A DNA stretch of 64,000 nucleotides from the human T2T-CHM13v2.0 reference genome, Homo sapiens. Numbering within the stretch: the stretch's first letter is position 1; each line of letters begins with the position of its first letter. The notes beneath the pieces were generated by a model, which was given only the letters and a program-made list of their open reading frames with translations, was not told the origin of the DNA and searched no databases. Both the position numbers and the translations under genes were made by a program. Below are positions 28,628-43,449 of the stretch, in pieces. The stretch is from NCBI RefSeq assembly GCF_009914755.1, contig NC_060930.1; one strand, written 5' to 3'.

Positions 28628-29860
28628 TAACTGGAGTATTTAGTTCATATACATTTAATGTAATTGTCTACATATTTGGGTTTTAATTTACCATCTTATG
28701 GTGTGCTATTTGTTCTACCTATTCAGTATATACTTTTCTCTTTTTTCTTGCTTCTTTCAACAAATTGTTTCTTATCATCCAATTTTTTCCCTTTACTGCT
28801 GGGAGATTGTGTAATTTGTTTCTATTCTTTTAGTAATTATCCTAGAATTACAACATGCATACTTAACCTTTACCCTTCATACAAGCTGCTTAGGATATTT
28901 GATTCCATTTGACCCTCTTCAACATATGTGATACTTGTAATTGCATTTTTTTCTATTTTTTAGATGCTATATTGTTGTTCTTTTACTCTTTCAGTGTATA
29001 TTGACTTATTTATTCACCACTTTCTTTGTTCTTTATACCTTTTTATAGCTTACATTTTTTTTATCTGCCTAACGCACTTTTTTTATAACTTTCTTTAGTA
29101 TGATTCTGCTTAGGAAAAACTACTAGTCTTCATTAGCCTGAAAATGTCTTTATTTCAGCCTCACTATTAAAATATTTTTCACTAGACATTAAGACTAGAT
29201 AGTAATTTTCTCTCAGTAAGTGGAAGATCCCCCTCCATTGTCTTCTGATGTCTCTTGCTGCTGCTGAGCAGTCATGTCAGTTTCATATTTACTCCTTTGA
29301 AAGCAATTCATCACTTTTCTCTGATTGTTTTCACTATTTTCTTTTCTTTTTCTATTTTTTTTAGCTTTGCTCTTCAGCTGTTTCATTATGACAATTTTAG
29401 ATATAGGTTTCTTCTTGTTTATTTTGCTTGAGACTCACTGGGTTGTCTTAACCTGTACATTAGTGTCTTTCATGTACATTAGTGTCTTTCATCACTTCCG
29501 TAAAATTCTCAGCCATTATCTCTTCAGATATTACCTTTGCCCCATTTCTCTCTCCTCTCCTTCCTAGATTCTGATGAGATGTATATTAATCTATTCTCCT
29601 CTGTTGTTTATTTCTTTTAATTCTTATTCTGTGTTTTCTTTTTGTCTCTCTGTTTCACTTTTAAATTATTGTTTTTCTGACCTAGCTCCTAGTTCACCAA
29701 TTCTCTTTTCAACTGTATTTAGTCTGCCGTTAAAGTCATCAACTGGCTTTCAAGGTGGCCTAAAATGCATATTTACCTCCTTGCCCTTTCAAAATGCAAT
29801 TAAATTGAAGAAATGTAAAAATAAAAATTATGTAAAAACATAAACATAAAAATTAATTCA

Positions 29861-30214
<354 letters not shown>

Positions 30215-31560
30215 CTAAAACAGTGGAGAATTTCTGAACCATATAAATTTATTTTATTCTTTGGTCCTTTTTTAAATATCCGCAACGTAATTTTTCCCGA
30301 AGATATTTCAAATTTATCTTTTATTTCATTAAATAATAACTATAGTTTTATTACCTGTTTTATAACCTGCTAAATCCAAATATTAAGTATTTGTGGTTCT
30401 ATGGCCTTTGTTATTTCTGTTTGTTCTTGCTTATGTTGTCTTCTTTCCTCATGTGTCTGTTTAAACTTGACTACACATGTTCTGGTAATAGTACTTTAAA
30501 ATGTATTTGTGGGAACTATCCTAGCCTAACAGGAATCCACCTTCCTATAGAGAGATATCTTTGTTTCTGCTAGGCACCTAAGGACACCATCAGTCTGAGA
30601 CTACCTTAATCTAAGTTCAAAGCTTGAAATTCCCGGGACCGTCACCATGATGGAAACAACCAAAAGAGGATTTGTTTATTTCAGGTATATTCTTGCCCTA
30701 AGGACACAGCCCTTTCATTTCCTACCTCACTGTCAGGAGGATCTCCTTCCTGTTCAGCTTCCTGCTTTGTGCAATCCCTGGGCAATTGCCATACCTTTCA
30801 CTCAGTGGGGACATCAAAACGAAAGTTCAAGTTGTCATTACCCCTACAAAGCATAAACACCTTCTACTGCTTATTTATCTCTCTTGGTTCTTTTTCGTTC
30901 CTAATTTTGGTCTTACAGTATCTTATTCTCTGTTCAGTATTTGCTTTTAAAAAGGATTTTAGATTTTTTCCCCAGCATTTTTAATAGTTTTCTTCAGAAT
31001 GTTTGGTCAATTACCAAAATCCAGAGGTTCATTTCTTTCTTCCTGTGTTATATTTGCTATACGTTTTTTTTTTATTTTTAAGAAGTTATCCATTTCTTCA
31101 AAATGTTCAATTTATTGGTACAAAGTTGTTTATGGTGTTCTCCCTTTTATTGTTTTAGGCTTCATTATATCTGAAGTTAGGACTCCCTTTTTCATTCTTA
31201 GTTGTTTTTATTTGGGCTTTATCTCATTCTTCTTGGCCAGACTCACCCAATGGTTATTTTACGTTTTTTTTTTTTAATCAATAGAATCATCTCTGTTTTC
31301 TGTTTTTCTATTTCATGAGTTTCTGTCTTTATCTTCGTCGTTAATTTTTTCTTTCTTGCAGTTTCTTCTGCCTTTCTTTCTACACTCTCAAGTGGATAAC
31401 TTTCAGGCTTTCTTCCTTAAAGCAAATAACAAGCTTATATCTCTACTTTTATCTGCCTTATTCAGAAAGGCTTATTATTGGCATATTCATTGCAATATAA
31501 ATTTGTCAATTTCTCATTGTGAAATCAACCCAATACTCACATAGATAGATTTTTTGTTTT

Positions 31561-31981
31561 TGTGTTTATATAAACATAGAAATTAATCCTCCTGATCTTC
31601 TTAAAGCTTGAAACTTAAATTTGTTTTATCTGAGTTCCTTCCTCTAGAAAGGACCCTCAGGCCTCTCAAAAAGTATCAAAGAACTGAAACTCAGCAATTG
31701 TTTGCATCCAGACAATGACACAACAGGCCCCTCAATCATCATGTTTGATTCCTTAGGCTTCCTAAGTTCCTGTTTTTCTATGCATTGTTACATTTCTTCC
31801 CTGCTATATTAATCCCTAATTTTAGTCTGTCAGGGAGATGGATTTGAGATGGAGCTCCCATCTTCTTGGCTGCACCACCCAATTAAAGCCTTCTTCCTTG
31901 GCAATACTTGCCCTCTCAGTGATTGGCTTTCCATGCAGTAAGCAGCAGGACCTAGATGAACCCCTTGGCATTTTGGTAACA
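31561..31981 (+). mobile_element. ERV1 LTR (MER39/MER34-group-like)
   Basis: tgt...aaagcttgaaactta...cagcaggacctagatgaacccc...ggtaaca. Confidence 0.65.
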
Positions 31982-32756
31982 ATTGTGTATCTATTAATTT
32001 TTGCTTATCTCCTGGGTAGATGTGATTTTTGTGTAAGCAAAATATCAGCAAAACATTTGTCTGATATTAACATGGCTACTAGATTTTCTGGTTAGTATTT
32101 TTCTGAAATTCTTTTTAGTTTCTAGCTTTCCATTCTTTAAATATAAAGAATCTTGTGGAGACAATAGAGGGGTTTTTTTGTTTACTTTTTTAGTCCACCA
32201 GAACAATCTCTGTTTTTATTTTAGCTCAATATATTTGTACAAAAAAATTCTTGAATTATTTTCATCCATTACTATGTTGTTCCATTGTTATTATATTTCT
32301 GTATTTTTAAGGGTAAATTTAATCTATTTACACATATTATGGTTACTACATTTAGAACTTGCTTGCTTCTACTCTGTTTCTTTGTGCTTTCTATTTGTTC
32401 TACTTTTTCTGTTTCTTTTTTCTCCTCTCTTGATTTTCTTTATACAGTATTTGTTTAATCACCTGTTTTCTTATTTCATTTTTGCCTTTTATTAGATGAA
32501 AACTTACATACTCTAGTTTTATGCTCTAGTTTGATTCTCTTGTGATAGTAATAGTCTTAGTACTCTACTTAACACCAAGATCTGAAATTTAATCATATCT
32601 TAACTCCTCTTTCAAACAATACAAGTTTTAAGGACATTCCTCTTGCATTGACCTCCACTTTCTTCCCCCAACTTAATAGAGTTAAGTATGCATGATAAAG
32701 TTTCTAGAGTGGAAATAAAGTGGGTAACTTTCTCACCACTACATAGTGGAATGCAT

Positions 32757-33401
<645 letters not shown>

Positions 33402-33914
33402 TGAAATGCATTTTCAAAATAACTTTTGATTTTATATACTTCAAAATAGTGTTAATATTTATTAGTTTTATATTAGTTGCAAAATGAATTAGTTTTGAAA
33501 TAACCAACTGAACTTTTGTTTCAAGAAGGTTACTTAAATGATAAATGATGATAGATTTGCTAAGTGCCCTGATTTAATTACTATACAATGTAATTTGATA
33601 CATACAATGTATCAAAACATGACTATGTACTCCATATGTACAATTATTGTCAATTTAAAAAGTACATATTTATCTCCATACTTTCAAAACTCCATATTTT
33701 ACTTTCAAAACTAGAAATACATATTTATCTCCATACTCTTTCAAAATTTAATTAAATTAACAAGAAATAGAAACATAAAAATTAATTCATAGCAGCACTA
33801 AAAACCAGAAGACTGGCACAATGGATAATTTCTGGATTATTTAAAGTAGATATCATATCAAGTGTTAATTTTGAGGAGGAAAGTAGAATGGCAGGAGTAA
33901 GAAGACTAAAGGAA

Positions 33915-33916
<2 letters not shown>

Positions 33917-33951
<35 letters not shown>
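33917..33951. repeat. (TG)n microsatellite
   Basis: About 17 perfect TG units. Confidence 0.95.
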
Positions 33952-33954
<3 letters not shown>

Positions 33955-34388
33955 GAATTTCTACAAAGAAAATGTATTTATGTATAATCATTTATAAATA
34001 AACTGTAAGGATACTGGATCCGGATTTGACAATAAAACCTAACAGAGCTGAGGATTTTTAAAACCTATACATTTGGCACATCTCATTAAAAACACCTCCA
34101 AAAGTGGCCTAAGATCAGAGATAGTGGGAACCCATGTGGAATTTATTTTTGTTATGAAATAAAGATCTTATCATATATATTTTTTAAAATAACCAATTGA
34201 CATAATAACATTTATTAGTAGTTTATCCTTTTCCAACAGAGTTGAAATGCCACCTTTATTATTTACTAGATTCCTTAAATACATGGATCTGTTTTTTCTA
34301 TTATTTTCCACTCATATTTTTGTCCATCCCTGTCCCAATACTACACTATATTAATTATTATTGCTTTTCAGTGTGTTTTTGTATCTAG

Positions 34389-35010
<622 letters not shown>

Positions 35011-35200
35011 CCTGGCAGTCTTAATGTATTTTTTTTTCCCAAAATTTTCTGTTGTGCTCTTGCATTTTCTTTTCCAGATGAAATTTAGAATCCGATTAAT
35101 TTTATAAAAATTATCATTGGCTGTGGACTGGGATAACATTAAATTTGTAGCACATTTGAGGAGAATTGATATCTTCATACTACTGAGCTTTTCATTAAGT

Positions 35201-35427
35201 CAGGAGGTGTCCAATCTTTTGGCTTTCCTGGGCCACATTGGAAGAATTGTTTTGGGCCACATGTGAAATATACTACCACTAATGATAGCTAATGAGCAAA
35301 AAAAAAAAAAAAAAATTCACAAAAAACTCTCATAGTGTTTTAAGAAAGTTTACAAATTATTGTTGGGCCACATTCAAAGCTGTCCTGGGCCACATGTGAA
35401 CTGCAGGCCTCAAGTTGGACAAGCTTG
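35201..35427. mobile_element. MER30 (hAT-Charlie)
   Basis: caggaggtgtccaatcttttggc...gttggacaagcttg. Confidence 0.85.
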
Positions 35428-35704
35428 GTGAAGTAGTATTACACTTGCTTTCCTTTTCTCTCCACCTTTTGTCTCTGCTGCTCTCTGCATGTCAGCTTTG
35501 TTATCTGCTAGTGCATATCATCTTCCTATTCACAGAAGATATGTCAGCCTATTGCTTTCAGTTCACATCCTCCCAGTTTTACTACCAGAAAAGGAAATTG
35601 CTCTTTTTCCTAGCTGCACTTCAGTTAATCCTGGGTAGGATACTCTTTGGTCTGGATTGGTCATATACCTTCTTCCCACCAATCACAGTGGTGAGGAAGG
35701 TGGG

Positions 35705-36200
35705 GTAATGAGTCCAGTCAGGGGAGATAAACCATACAGTAATTTGAATAGAGACAATAATATAAAGAATTTTAAACTATAGCAGGGGATTGGAGTATTG
35801 AGCAAATATCTAGGAAGAAGGCAAGAAAACTCTAAATACATAAATAGTATGTATAAGGTGCAGGTACTACTCCTAGGGCTGAGATGGGGCACCCAAAGAG
35901 CTTCCCTTCATGTCCTCCTAGCCCCTCAACCTCCCCCCAACCCCCGCTCCCCCTCATCATGGCTGAGCTCCAGCCCTTATTGGAGAGGGCATGGCCAGGG
36001 CTCACTGAATGCCTTGGAAACTATGATGCTTCACAGACTGGAAATCCACCCTCTAGGTGCTGGGGAAGCAGTTCACTGGAGGCACCCGACAGGGCAGAGG
36101 TGGGGGTGTTGTTGCAGGAACTGGGCACTGGAGGAGCTGCATGTGTTGCAAGAATCAGATGCCAGAGAAGCTGCTCACATTGCAGCAGCCACATGCACTT
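35705..36200. mobile_element. LTR41-like LTR fragment
   Basis: gtccagtcaggggagataaaccatacagtaatttgaa start, similar to 10880-10930. Confidence 0.5.
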
Positions 36201-36444
36201 CAGAAACCCGCCTGACTACTCAGCTTCCATATGCACCTTTCTGCAACAAACAATGCTATCTTTCTATGTAATAAGATACAGCTATCTTCTTACCAGTGAA
36301 GTTTATGCTTTCCCCAAAATGAGGAAAGGCCGTCCTGGGAGTAATTGTATCCATCACTGGCTATATTATTAATCCTCATAATCAATTCCACCAAATATGG
36401 TTACCTAAAGACAAATTGTGAAGTTAACTTCTGTGGAAAGTTGC

Positions 36445-37200
<756 letters not shown>

Positions 37201-37299
37201 AAGTGCCAAGAGTTTGAATAAAAAATTAAAATGGGGAAGGAGTGAAAAGAAAATGGTTAGTAAATACAAATCAACACATATATATATAATAAGCCAACA

Positions 37300-38660
37300 G
37301 AAAATATGTAAAGTTACTGCATTTCTATAATTCCTCGTTTCTATAATTGTTCACAAGACTATAAGTCCTCATTTCTATAATTGTTCACAAGGCTATAATT
37401 GATATCTACAGCTTTCCCCCCACCTCTACCCATTCTGTATTTCCTCTGCCCTCAGCCAGAAACTCAGCTGGTCAGGATTCTTGATGGAGTAATCTAAACC
37501 TTCATTTCCAAAAGTTCTAAGTCCTCAAACACCCTACCTTTTATTTTCAGTTGCTGTGTTTTTTATTTATCTTAATATTGGACACGGAAGTACTGAGAGG
37601 ATCCCTAGAGGATCCCCTGGGTTCTAGACTGTACTCCTTGCTCCCATTGTCTAGAAGCTAGCCAATTTCCTCTTAGTTATCAGGATCCATCGCTCCAGCC
37701 AGTGGACTACCTCCTGTTTTTGCCTTTTGCTTCAGTGGTGTAAGGAAATGGCCAAGTGGTAGTCTCATAGTCTATTACGGCAAAACCATTGTTGCATCTC
37801 CTGATGGAAGCACTCTTCCCTTGGAGGCTGAGGTCTCTAACCCAGCAGAAGACAGAGTTTCCAGGTAAGGAAGAAAAAATTCTGAGAGTAGGTGATACTA
37901 TAAGAAGAGCTACTCTTACTGCCATAACTAGATTCAAATGTATCTTGGCTATGAGAAAGACAGCAACATATAATGGTCTCTGACTCAAAACATATCATTT
38001 AAGACAGAAACTCATTTTCCAGGGTATTGTCTTCCAGCTAAGATCATAATTGAGTCTTCAGTAAGCCATTTCACCATTCAGTTATGCCAGCTGCTTCCAA
38101 ATGATGGTATATATGGTAAGCCTCGTTAATTCTATTGGCATGATCCATTGCTGCACTTCCTTTGCTGTAAAATGAGTTCCCTAATCAAATGCAATGTTGA
38201 GTAGAAAGCACTGATGGTAGATAGGGCATTTTGTGAGTTCATAGATAGTAGTGCTGGCAGAAGCATTATAAGCAGTAAAGGCAAATCCATTTCCAAAATA
38301 TGTGATTATTCCAATTAAGATGAATCTTTGCTCCCTCTATGATGGAAGAAGTCCAATGTAATCAACCTGCCACCAGATGGCTGGTTCATTACCCCTGGGA
38401 ATGGTGCCATATCAGGTACTGAATGTTGTTCTCTGCTCTTGAAAGATTAACCAATTGGCAGTAGTGCTGGCAAGGTAAACTTTGGAAAGGGGAATTCCAT
38501 GTTGTTGAGCACATGCATAGTCTCCATCCCTACCACTGTGGCCACTTTGTTCATAAGCCCACTGAGCAAGCACTGGTTGGTTGGGCAAAGATGCTGACTG
38601 ATATCCACAGAGAGGAGTTCTGGGCTAACAAAACAAAAATGTTCCCTACACTTCACCCTT
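37300..38660 (-). mobile_element. ERVL internal remnant with integrase
   Basis: Minus strand translates WWQVDYIGLLP (38345-38375) and AQWAYEQSGHSGRDG, ERVL integrase core and zinc-finger motifs, with stops. Confidence 0.8.
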
Positions 38661-38681
38661 TGACTGCTCAGTGCATGCATG

Positions 38682-38682
<1 letters not shown>

Positions 38683-38711
<29 letters not shown>
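38683..38711. repeat. (CA)n microsatellite
   Basis: About 14-15 units. Confidence 0.95.
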
Positions 38712-38715
<4 letters not shown>

Positions 38716-40252
38716 GGTTTCTCCATACCCAGTCCCTCCCTAGTGAGAGGAGAAAACTCAGTCACATCCCGATATTGAATCCAGCCTCAAATTCAGGATC
38801 TTTGAGTACTGTCAATCTTGATGAGGTCCAGATGTAGCTAAATAATGAATAATGAATGTATCCCTAGAGTACAAATGTATGTTAAAGGTGTAGGGGGTGG
38901 GGGGCACTAGATAACAAAAACTAATGAGAAAACAGAAAAAGGAAAAGCAACATACAATGGTTGTGAGCATATACCATATCCTGCTGGACAAGAGTAAGAA
39001 GAGTAAGACAGACTTCGCTTCTACGGCAAAGAATCAAGATCTCTGTCAGCCAAGCAACGTGTCAAGATTTTCCTTCTCAAAGATCCTGCCTCAGAGATGT
39101 AGTGAAAGGAATCCTGGCAGCCATTAGGTAGCCATCTTTCTATCAGGAATGGAGACTGGGACGTTGCCTTTAAGACAGCACAACAGTAGGTACCTTTTGC
39201 CAGGCTGAGGAGGAATTTCTAGCGATACCTTAAAACTTGACTTGGCTGCCAGTCAGTGTCATTTGGCGAAATCCATTAGCTTGTTATCAGAAATCTCACT
39301 AAGACTTCAGGTTCAAATATGGACACTACCCTTCCTGTTTTGATCTCTTGAAAACTAGCCTGGCAGCTCCATGAAATCTCCCTGGATATCTTAGTTCAAT
39401 GGCTTTTGTCATAGGCTCTCCAAGGGTGAGGAAGAGAACAGGCTGGGATTATGAAGCTAGGTTATCGTATTGGATGCCAGCCCTTAAGTTGTATACCACT
39501 CAACTGGTATAATGGGAGGACTTACCTTTTTCCATTGATAAGGAAGCATAGCAGAAGATATTTGGGAAGAGTTCTGAGGAATGAAGCATCCATGACTCCA
39601 TTGCTAATTCCTACTTAGTGTATTAACTTATAGACGGCAGAAATTTTCGTTATTTCACTTGGCAGAGTAGATATTATCTGATCCTTAGGAATACAGGATA
39701 ACTAAACCACTAGAAAAAGAGCTCCTCAACAATGCTTTGTAATTTACATCTCACTATTGCTGGTTTCTTTCAGAAAGGCCATGCTGAGCTAGTTTGTCTC
39801 TCTCATGGCACTGAAGCAAGAAGTAGCCAACATATTCCAATAGCCCGTTTGTTTGTTTGTTTTGTTTTGTTTTTGCCAATTTCCCTAAAGTTAGAGCCTT
39901 ACTGGACATAACAAATAATCTACCAGTGTTTTTCAAAGTCTCTAGGGTGAAGAATCAATTTTTGGATTATTTTTAATTACCAGCCCATTGCAGACAAATA
40001 TTTTCATAAATACAAAACTGCATGCTTAGATAGCCCTGTGATGTCAAATTATTAAACGTTTCCAAATCCTCCTCTCACTTTCCATATCGCTTTCATTGTT
40101 GACTAGTAGAGCTTGCAGACTGGCTTTGGTCTGTACATCACATTTTTAGTAGCACTGATAAAACCAATAAAACTTGCTACTTTCCAAGCCTGGGATGGAT
40201 GACTCCTCACTGTCCCCACTTCCTTTACTAGGCCAGTTCTACATTTTAGGGT

Positions 40253-40766
40253 TGTGATGGTTAATACTGAGTGTCAACTTGATTGGATTGAAGGATGCAA
40301 AGTATTGATTCCGGATGTGTCTGTGAGGGTGTTGCCAAAGGAGATTAACATTTGAATCAGTGGGATGGGAAAGGTAGACCCACCTTTAATTTGAGTGGGC
40401 ACCATCTAATCAGCTGCCAGTATGGCCAGGATATAAAAAGCAGGCAGAAAAACCTGAAAAGGCTAGACTGTCTTACAGTCTACATCTCCCAGCCTACATC
40501 TTTCTCCCATGCTGGATGCTTCCTTGAACATCGAACTCCAAGTTCTTCAGCTTTGGGTCTCAGACTGGCTTCCTTGCTCCTCAGCTTGCAGACAGCCTAT
40601 TGTGGGACCTTGTGATCATGTGAGTTAACTACTACTTAATAAACTCCCATATATATATTTTATTAAGTAGTAGTTATATACATACATAACAGGATATATA
40701 TGTCTATCCTAATAGGATAGACATATATATCCTATTAGTTCTGTCCTTCTAGAAAACCCTAATACA
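40253..40766 (+). mobile_element. MLT2A1 (HERV-L) solo LTR
   Basis: TGTGATGGTTAATACTGAGTGTCAAC...CCCTAATACA with perfect 5-bp TSD AGGGT (40248-40252 / 40767-40771). Confidence 0.9.
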
Positions 40767-42149
40767 AGGGTCAGCAATCACAATTCCTATTTCTAGGTTA
40801 TCAATTTCTGTACTGATCAATAGTCTTGGATGAGAACATATACTGCATATTCTAACTTTACAATGCATTGTCTCCTAGCTGGCACCTGAATAATGGGTCA
40901 CATTATAAGAGCAGTGAAGCCCATGGCCTTTGGTTAGAGGAATGGTGTATGGGATAAAGTGATAGGTCTATTATTATTATTATTATTTTGTATAAATTTG
41001 GAAGTACAAGTACAGTTTTGATGCATTGATATGTTGCATAGTGGTTGAAATCTGGGCTTTTAGTGTTAACCATCACCGGAATAGTATAATAGGTCTATAA
41101 TTAATAGGGAATAGTGCTTGCAGCAAAACCAAATCCCATTCCAGAATGTGGAACTAATGTAGGGAAGCAAACTATTGGCTGATCCATGACAAAAGGGAGT
41201 CTAAAGTAATTGACATTCCTGCTTCTAGGTATTTGGCTGGTCCCCTTGAAGGAGAATGCCTCGTAAGGACCTTAGAACTTGTCGCCATTGCTGTAACGTT
41301 GACTTTTCAGGAGTGGCAGTAGCCACTGGAATAGAGAGTCTCCCCTGCCGTTTCCTTGGCAAATCATGTTATTTTCCAGGCTAAAACTCCACTTTCCCTA
41401 GCACTTGGAAGAAAGTCCAAACTCCTTCTATGGTCTACAAGGCACTGAAAGTTCAAGACCTTAATTTCCCTCCAATTTCAATGACTGTCATTCTTCCTTT
41501 GCACTGTTTCCTGATGCCCTAGCCACACTAATACCCCAGCACAGCAAGTACTCAGCATATCTTGTTCCCTCTGACTGGAACACTCTACATACATTCTTCC
41601 CACTCCCATCCCTTTTAGAAATTGGCTGAGATGTTACCTCCTAAAAGTCCTCTCCCCACCACCACACAGACATTACTTTCTAACCCAGCTTCTTGTTCAC
41701 TTTCTTTATTAAACCTGACCCAACTATAATCACTATCCCTTGAAAAATAAATTAGTACAGAAATGAAAACAAACTCCATCATTCTACGGAGCTTTCAAAT
41801 GCTCGAATATGTTTCTGAACACTCAGAGGGGAAAGCAAAAAATCAAGAGGCATCCTTGGAGATCTCGTAAATAATAAAATACCTAAATGGTTGCCTACTG
41901 TCAAAACCCCAAGAATTCAGCCCACGTCTTCTCTTTTAAAAAGGCAGTGGCATTTTCATTTTTTTCATCTGATTCCCACCAATCAGAGGCCAGGTACCCA
42001 TGAACCCGGCTCGGCGTGGTCTTTTAATAATTAAATCAGGGCTGCCATTGACCTCAACTAACGCCAGGGGCTTCTGACTGCAGCCGAGCTCTGGTGGAAA
42101 GGCCGATGCCGGCCTGAGAGTGGGAAACGTGGGGCCGGGAGCCGGGGGC

Positions 42150-42754
42150 TTCCGCGCGGCGTGGCGTGGCGTGGCGTGGCGTGGCGCCCTCAGGGCCGTT
42201 ACGCGATTTTCGCTCCCGCGGGCAGCGCCTCTCAGGCCACTCCCGAGGGACCCCGAGGACGCACTCGGGCCCCAGGGCGACGGTTCAAACGGGCCATTGT
42301 GCGCCCCCGGGGTCCCCCGGCCCCTGCAGGGCTACTTGGGCGCAGAGCCGCGGAGGGTCTCCGTTCCTAGAGGTCCTCCTATCCCGGGCTGCCTGAGTCC
42401 TCGCCAGCATCCGCCCTCTCCCACTCCCATCCTTCCTGGATCCGCCTCTCGGTTCCCGAGGGACAGTCCCGACCGCAAACCCACGTAGAGTAAGGAATGT
42501 GGGACAGGCGACAGAAGTGGCATACGGTCCTGCGTTATCCCTCCGTCTCGCCACACCTTGTGTCTCCATCTCTCCCCACTTCCTTCCCTCCGTCTGTCAT
42601 CTGTCATCCCCGGTCGCTCTAAGACCAGGATTCCAATTCGCCTAGTGAGGAATCTCACTAGGGGAATTTATCGCGACATCATAAATTAACGGGTTCATTT
42701 TGACTGAAAAAGCGAAGGACTTTTTTCAGGCAGAAAACAAGTCTCGTCTGGACG
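42150..42754 (+). other. TBPL1: Alternative upstream first exon 1A of the same gene; TSS approximate
   Basis: Strong donor ACG|GTAAGG at 42754/42755 in the 5' half of the CpG island; upstream CCAAT box at 41979-41983. Confidence 0.55.
42158..42186. repeat. (GGCGT)n pentamer repeat in promoter
   Basis: Five full units plus GGCG. Confidence 0.95.
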
Positions 42755-43129
42755 GTAAGGACTAGCTTTAGCAATTATATAATGGGGGGTGGGGAGGACC
42801 TTTTGTATAAATTTAATGAGCTGATGAGAAAGTTCTACGGTTTTGACAAAAAAGTCCACCTAAATATTCGACTGTATGCCAGAAATTACTACACGTTTAG
42901 ATATCAACTAAAAATATACAAGGGATACACGGTGTTTTCAGAACCCTTTCAAGCGGTTCTTAAACAAAAAAGTCTAGTCCGATGCCCATTAGCGCCGCCC
43001 CCATCCCACCTCTTACCTCCCACCGAGCCCAGCGGGTGGGCAGGAGGGGCCTGATTTGGGGACCAGGAAGGAGGAAGGAAGGGTGGGGGCGGGGGACGGG
43101 GAAAGTGACGGGAGCAGTGAGAGCCGGAA

Positions 43130-43449
43130 ATGAGTGGCTAGCGAGGCACCCAGGAGCGCCCTGTCCGGCGGCGCTCTAGCCCTCGCGCACTGTCTCTATG
43201 CTCCCCAGCGTCTAGTCTATTTATTGTCGCGGGGAAGCTGCGGCCGCCTCGCACCCGGAACAACAAAGCAAGGAAGACGGAGTCCGAGCCTCGGGGGCTC
43301 CTAGCAACGGGCCGGGGCGGGAGTTCCATGGAGACTGGGGAGCGCGCCCGTCTCATCCTCATCCTTGTCCTCCAGCTTCTCCTTCGCATCCGACGCAACC
43401 GGCAGCAGCGCTGCCGCCGCGTCCTCAGCCACCGCTCCCTCTTCCCACG
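43130..43449 (+). other. TBPL1: First exon 1B (5' UTR with uORF) of TBPL1; TSS approximate
   Basis: GC-rich exon after GC boxes and an ETS motif; 5' splice site ACG|GTAACC at 43449/43450. Sequence recalled as the TBPL1 mRNA leader. A long first intron and gene-poor upstream region fit that locus. Confidence 0.75.
43328..43449 (+). CDS. Upstream ORF (microprotein) in the TBPL1 5' leader: METGERARLILILVLQLLLRIRRNRQQRCRRVLSHRSLFP + CG, continuing across the splice donor
   Basis: ATG at 43328 (ttccATGg), 40 sense codons plus 2 nt to donor cacg|gtaacc. Unspliced, it reads CGG TAA (41 aa). Peptide recalled as the TBPL1 uORF. Confidence 0.75.
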
